The position numbers and the translations under genes are program-made. Of a stretch of DNA of 56,448 nucleotides, positions 54,945-56,448 are shown in pieces (the first letter of the stretch is position 1; every line of letters begins with the position of its first letter). The DNA lies in the IMG/VR virus record IMGVR_UViG_3300030098_000047, positions 1-56,448 of that record. One strand, given 5' to 3'. The DNA comes from a virus. Its lineage: Duplodnaviria > Caudoviricetes. Below the pieces are notes generated by a model. That model searched no databases, was not told the origin of the DNA, and saw nothing but the letters and a program-made list of their open reading frames with translations.

Positions 54945-56168
54945 ATGGAATTATCATTAGTACGAAGTCTGATGGACAGAGAGTTCTACGATGATCATCG
55001 TGGTGCTAAATGCCCTGACAGATTATTCAGTAAAGATGTACGCAAGATCAAGCAAGCCATTGACAAGGCTATGGATAGGTATGAGCGTACAGTTACACCA
55101 GATGAGATTGAGGCATTGTTCATGTCAAACAATCCCACACTTACAACGGCACAGAAACAGGCGTATGGTTCTTTGTTCAACCAGATTAAACGTGAGTCAC
55201 CTATGGGTGGTGACGTGGCACAAGAGGTGCTATCCAAACTGTTCCAACAAGTAGTGGGTGAGGATATTGCCAACCTTGGCTTTGATTATGTCAACGGTGA
55301 TAGGAATAGCCTTGAACCACTACGTGATTTGCTTGAGCGTTATGCAGATGACTTCACACCTGATCTACGTATTGAGTGGGATGACATCAGTATCGAAACT
55401 CTACTTGCAAAGAATGATCTGGAGTCACAGTGGACATTTAACATCCCTAGCTTGACACGTAAGGTAGAGGGCGTAAATGCAGGACATCTAGTTGAGATAG
55501 GTGCTAGACCTAATACAGGTAAGACCTCATTCCATGCCTCTCTTATTGCCTCTCCCAATGGGTTTGCCCATCAGGGTGCAAAGTGTGTCATTCTATGTAA
55601 CGAGGAAGCCTATCATCGTGTAGGTGCTAGGTATCTTACAGCAGCCACAGGTATGACAGTGCATGAGGTAAAGAACAATCCTGCCAGAGCACGTGATGCT
55701 TACAATGCGGTCAACAAAAACATCAAGATCAAAGATGCATCTGATCGTGATATGGCATGGGTTGAGTCGGTATGCAAATCGTACAAGCCTGACATTGTGG
55801 TGCTTGACATGGGTGACAAGTTTGCCAGAACAGGTGGCTTTGCTAGACCTGACGAGGCACTGAAAGCTAATGCTATCTATGCTCGACAGATTGCCAAGGC
55901 ACACAATTGCGCTATCTTTTATATGTCTCAGCTATCTGCTGACGCAGAGGGCAAGGTGTTACTCAACCAGTCCATGATGGAAGGCTCACGTACAGGTAAG
56001 GCAGCAGAGGCTGACCTCATGGTATTGATTGCCAAGAACCCTGTAGTGGACGGACAAGAGGAAGAGGACACACAACGTCACTTGAATGTTGTTAAGAATA
56101 AACTAAGTGGATGGCATGGTGTTGTCCATTGTGAATTTGACTACAAGACAGCGAGGTACTTAGTATGA
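54945..56168 (+). CDS. DnaB-like replicative helicase
   Basis: Walker A GARPNTGKTS, VVLDMGD, SQLS, AEADL and KNKLSG. Confidence 0.93.
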   Translation: MELSLVRSLMDREFYDDHRGAKCPDRLFSKDVRKIKQAIDKAMDRYERTVTPDEIEALFMSNNPTLTTAQKQAYGSLFNQIKRESPMGGDVAQEVLSKLFQQVVGEDIANLGFDYVNGDRNSLEPLRDLLERYADDFTPDLRIEWDDISIETLLAKNDLESQWTFNIPSLTRKVEGVNAGHLVEIGARPNTGKTSFHASLIASPNGFAHQGAKCVILCNEEAYHRVGARYLTAATGMTVHEVKNNPARARDAYNAVNKNIKIKDASDRDMAWVESVCKSYKPDIVVLDMGDKFARTGGFARPDEALKANAIYARQIAKAHNCAIFYMSQLSADAEGKVLLNQSMMEGSRTGKAAEADLMVLIAKNPVVDGQEEEDTQRHLNVVKNKLSGWHGVVHCEFDYKTARYLV

Positions 56169-56448
56169 AATGGATACCAGAATTTTGTTTAAGCCACTGG
56201 CTACTGAGAGTGCCGTTGGCTATTGTGTTTATACAACAGGGCGCATCAAAACTACCTGTAACATTAGAGGACGCAAGCTCCTTTGACCTACCTTATATTG
56301 TATGGTGGTTCGCTGCGTATGGAGAGCTAGGCTCAGGTATTGGATTATTGTTTGGTGGACTACTAGTCAACTGGATTTTTGATACCCTTACACGCTTCAG
56401 TGGTATCGTAATGTGTTGTATAATGACAGGTGTGATATGGATAGGTGA
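56165..56448 (+). CDS. DoxX-family protein, 5' part (continues at the window start)
   Basis: ATG overlapping the helicase stop; MKWIPEFCLSHWLLRVPLAIVFIQQG... Confidence 0.8.
   Translation, partial: MKWIPEFCLSHWLLRVPLAIVFIQQGASKLPVTLEDASSFDLPYIVWWFAAYGELGSGIGLLFGGLLVNWIFDTLTRFSGIVMCCIMTGVIWIG
56223..56448. repeat. Terminal overlap, copy 2
   Basis: Matches 1-226 with 8 substitutions. Confidence 0.97.

Noticed and set aside
56223-56448. Terminal repeat as the physical direct terminal repeat of the virion DNA
   Set aside because: It falls mid-gene in the replication arm and the copies differ by mostly synonymous SNPs. True DTRs are copied identically, so an assembly overlap is more likely.
1-56448. 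tRNA/tmRNA genes, introns/inteins, phage RNA polymerase, alternative genetic code
   Set aside because: No cloverleaf or T-loop pattern was noticed in the few intergenic gaps. Pol, RNR, helicase and terminase have uninterrupted normal lengths, and coding density is high with the standard code. A tRNAscan/Infernal run would be needed to exclude RNAs formally.

Overview
This window is an apparently complete, circularly permuted genome (~56.2 kb unique) of a marine podovirus of the HMO-2011 type, the group infecting SAR116 and Roseobacter-RCA alphaproteobacteria. The assignment rests on recalled hallmarks: a family A DNA polymerase with two DnaJ-like CxxCxGxG motifs between the exonuclease and polymerase domains, a tyrosine recombinase in front of primase/helicase, a class II RNR, MazG, and no RNA polymerase. 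There are two arms. The + strand early/replication arm runs 45872-56448 and continues at 1-9518. The - strand packaging/lysis/virion arm runs 45057 down to 9552. The arms diverge from a non-coding control region (~45100-45870) and converge on a bidirectional terminator (~9517-9550). Bases 1-226 recur at 56223-56448 with 8 substitutions, most likely an assembly overlap between two population variants. The most notable unexplained signals are: (i) a 16-bp palindrome TGTCCGA-NN-TCGGACA seen four times, all in the early region and twice inside ORFs; (ii) structured leaders with a shared CUAC-stem-CCC motif before the scaffold and capsid genes, the capsid one with alternative pairings next to the RBS; (iii) a [FMY]xxGG / GGLxxR peptide motif spread across unrelated late proteins; (iv) C-terminal -AA (ClpXP-like) ends on several early proteins; (v) small host-like genes (DoxX, cytochrome c oxidase subunit IV-like, ArfA-like, RMF-like); (vi) a holin candidate with a canonical EF-hand loop. 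All family names come from motif recognition and recall, not database searches.
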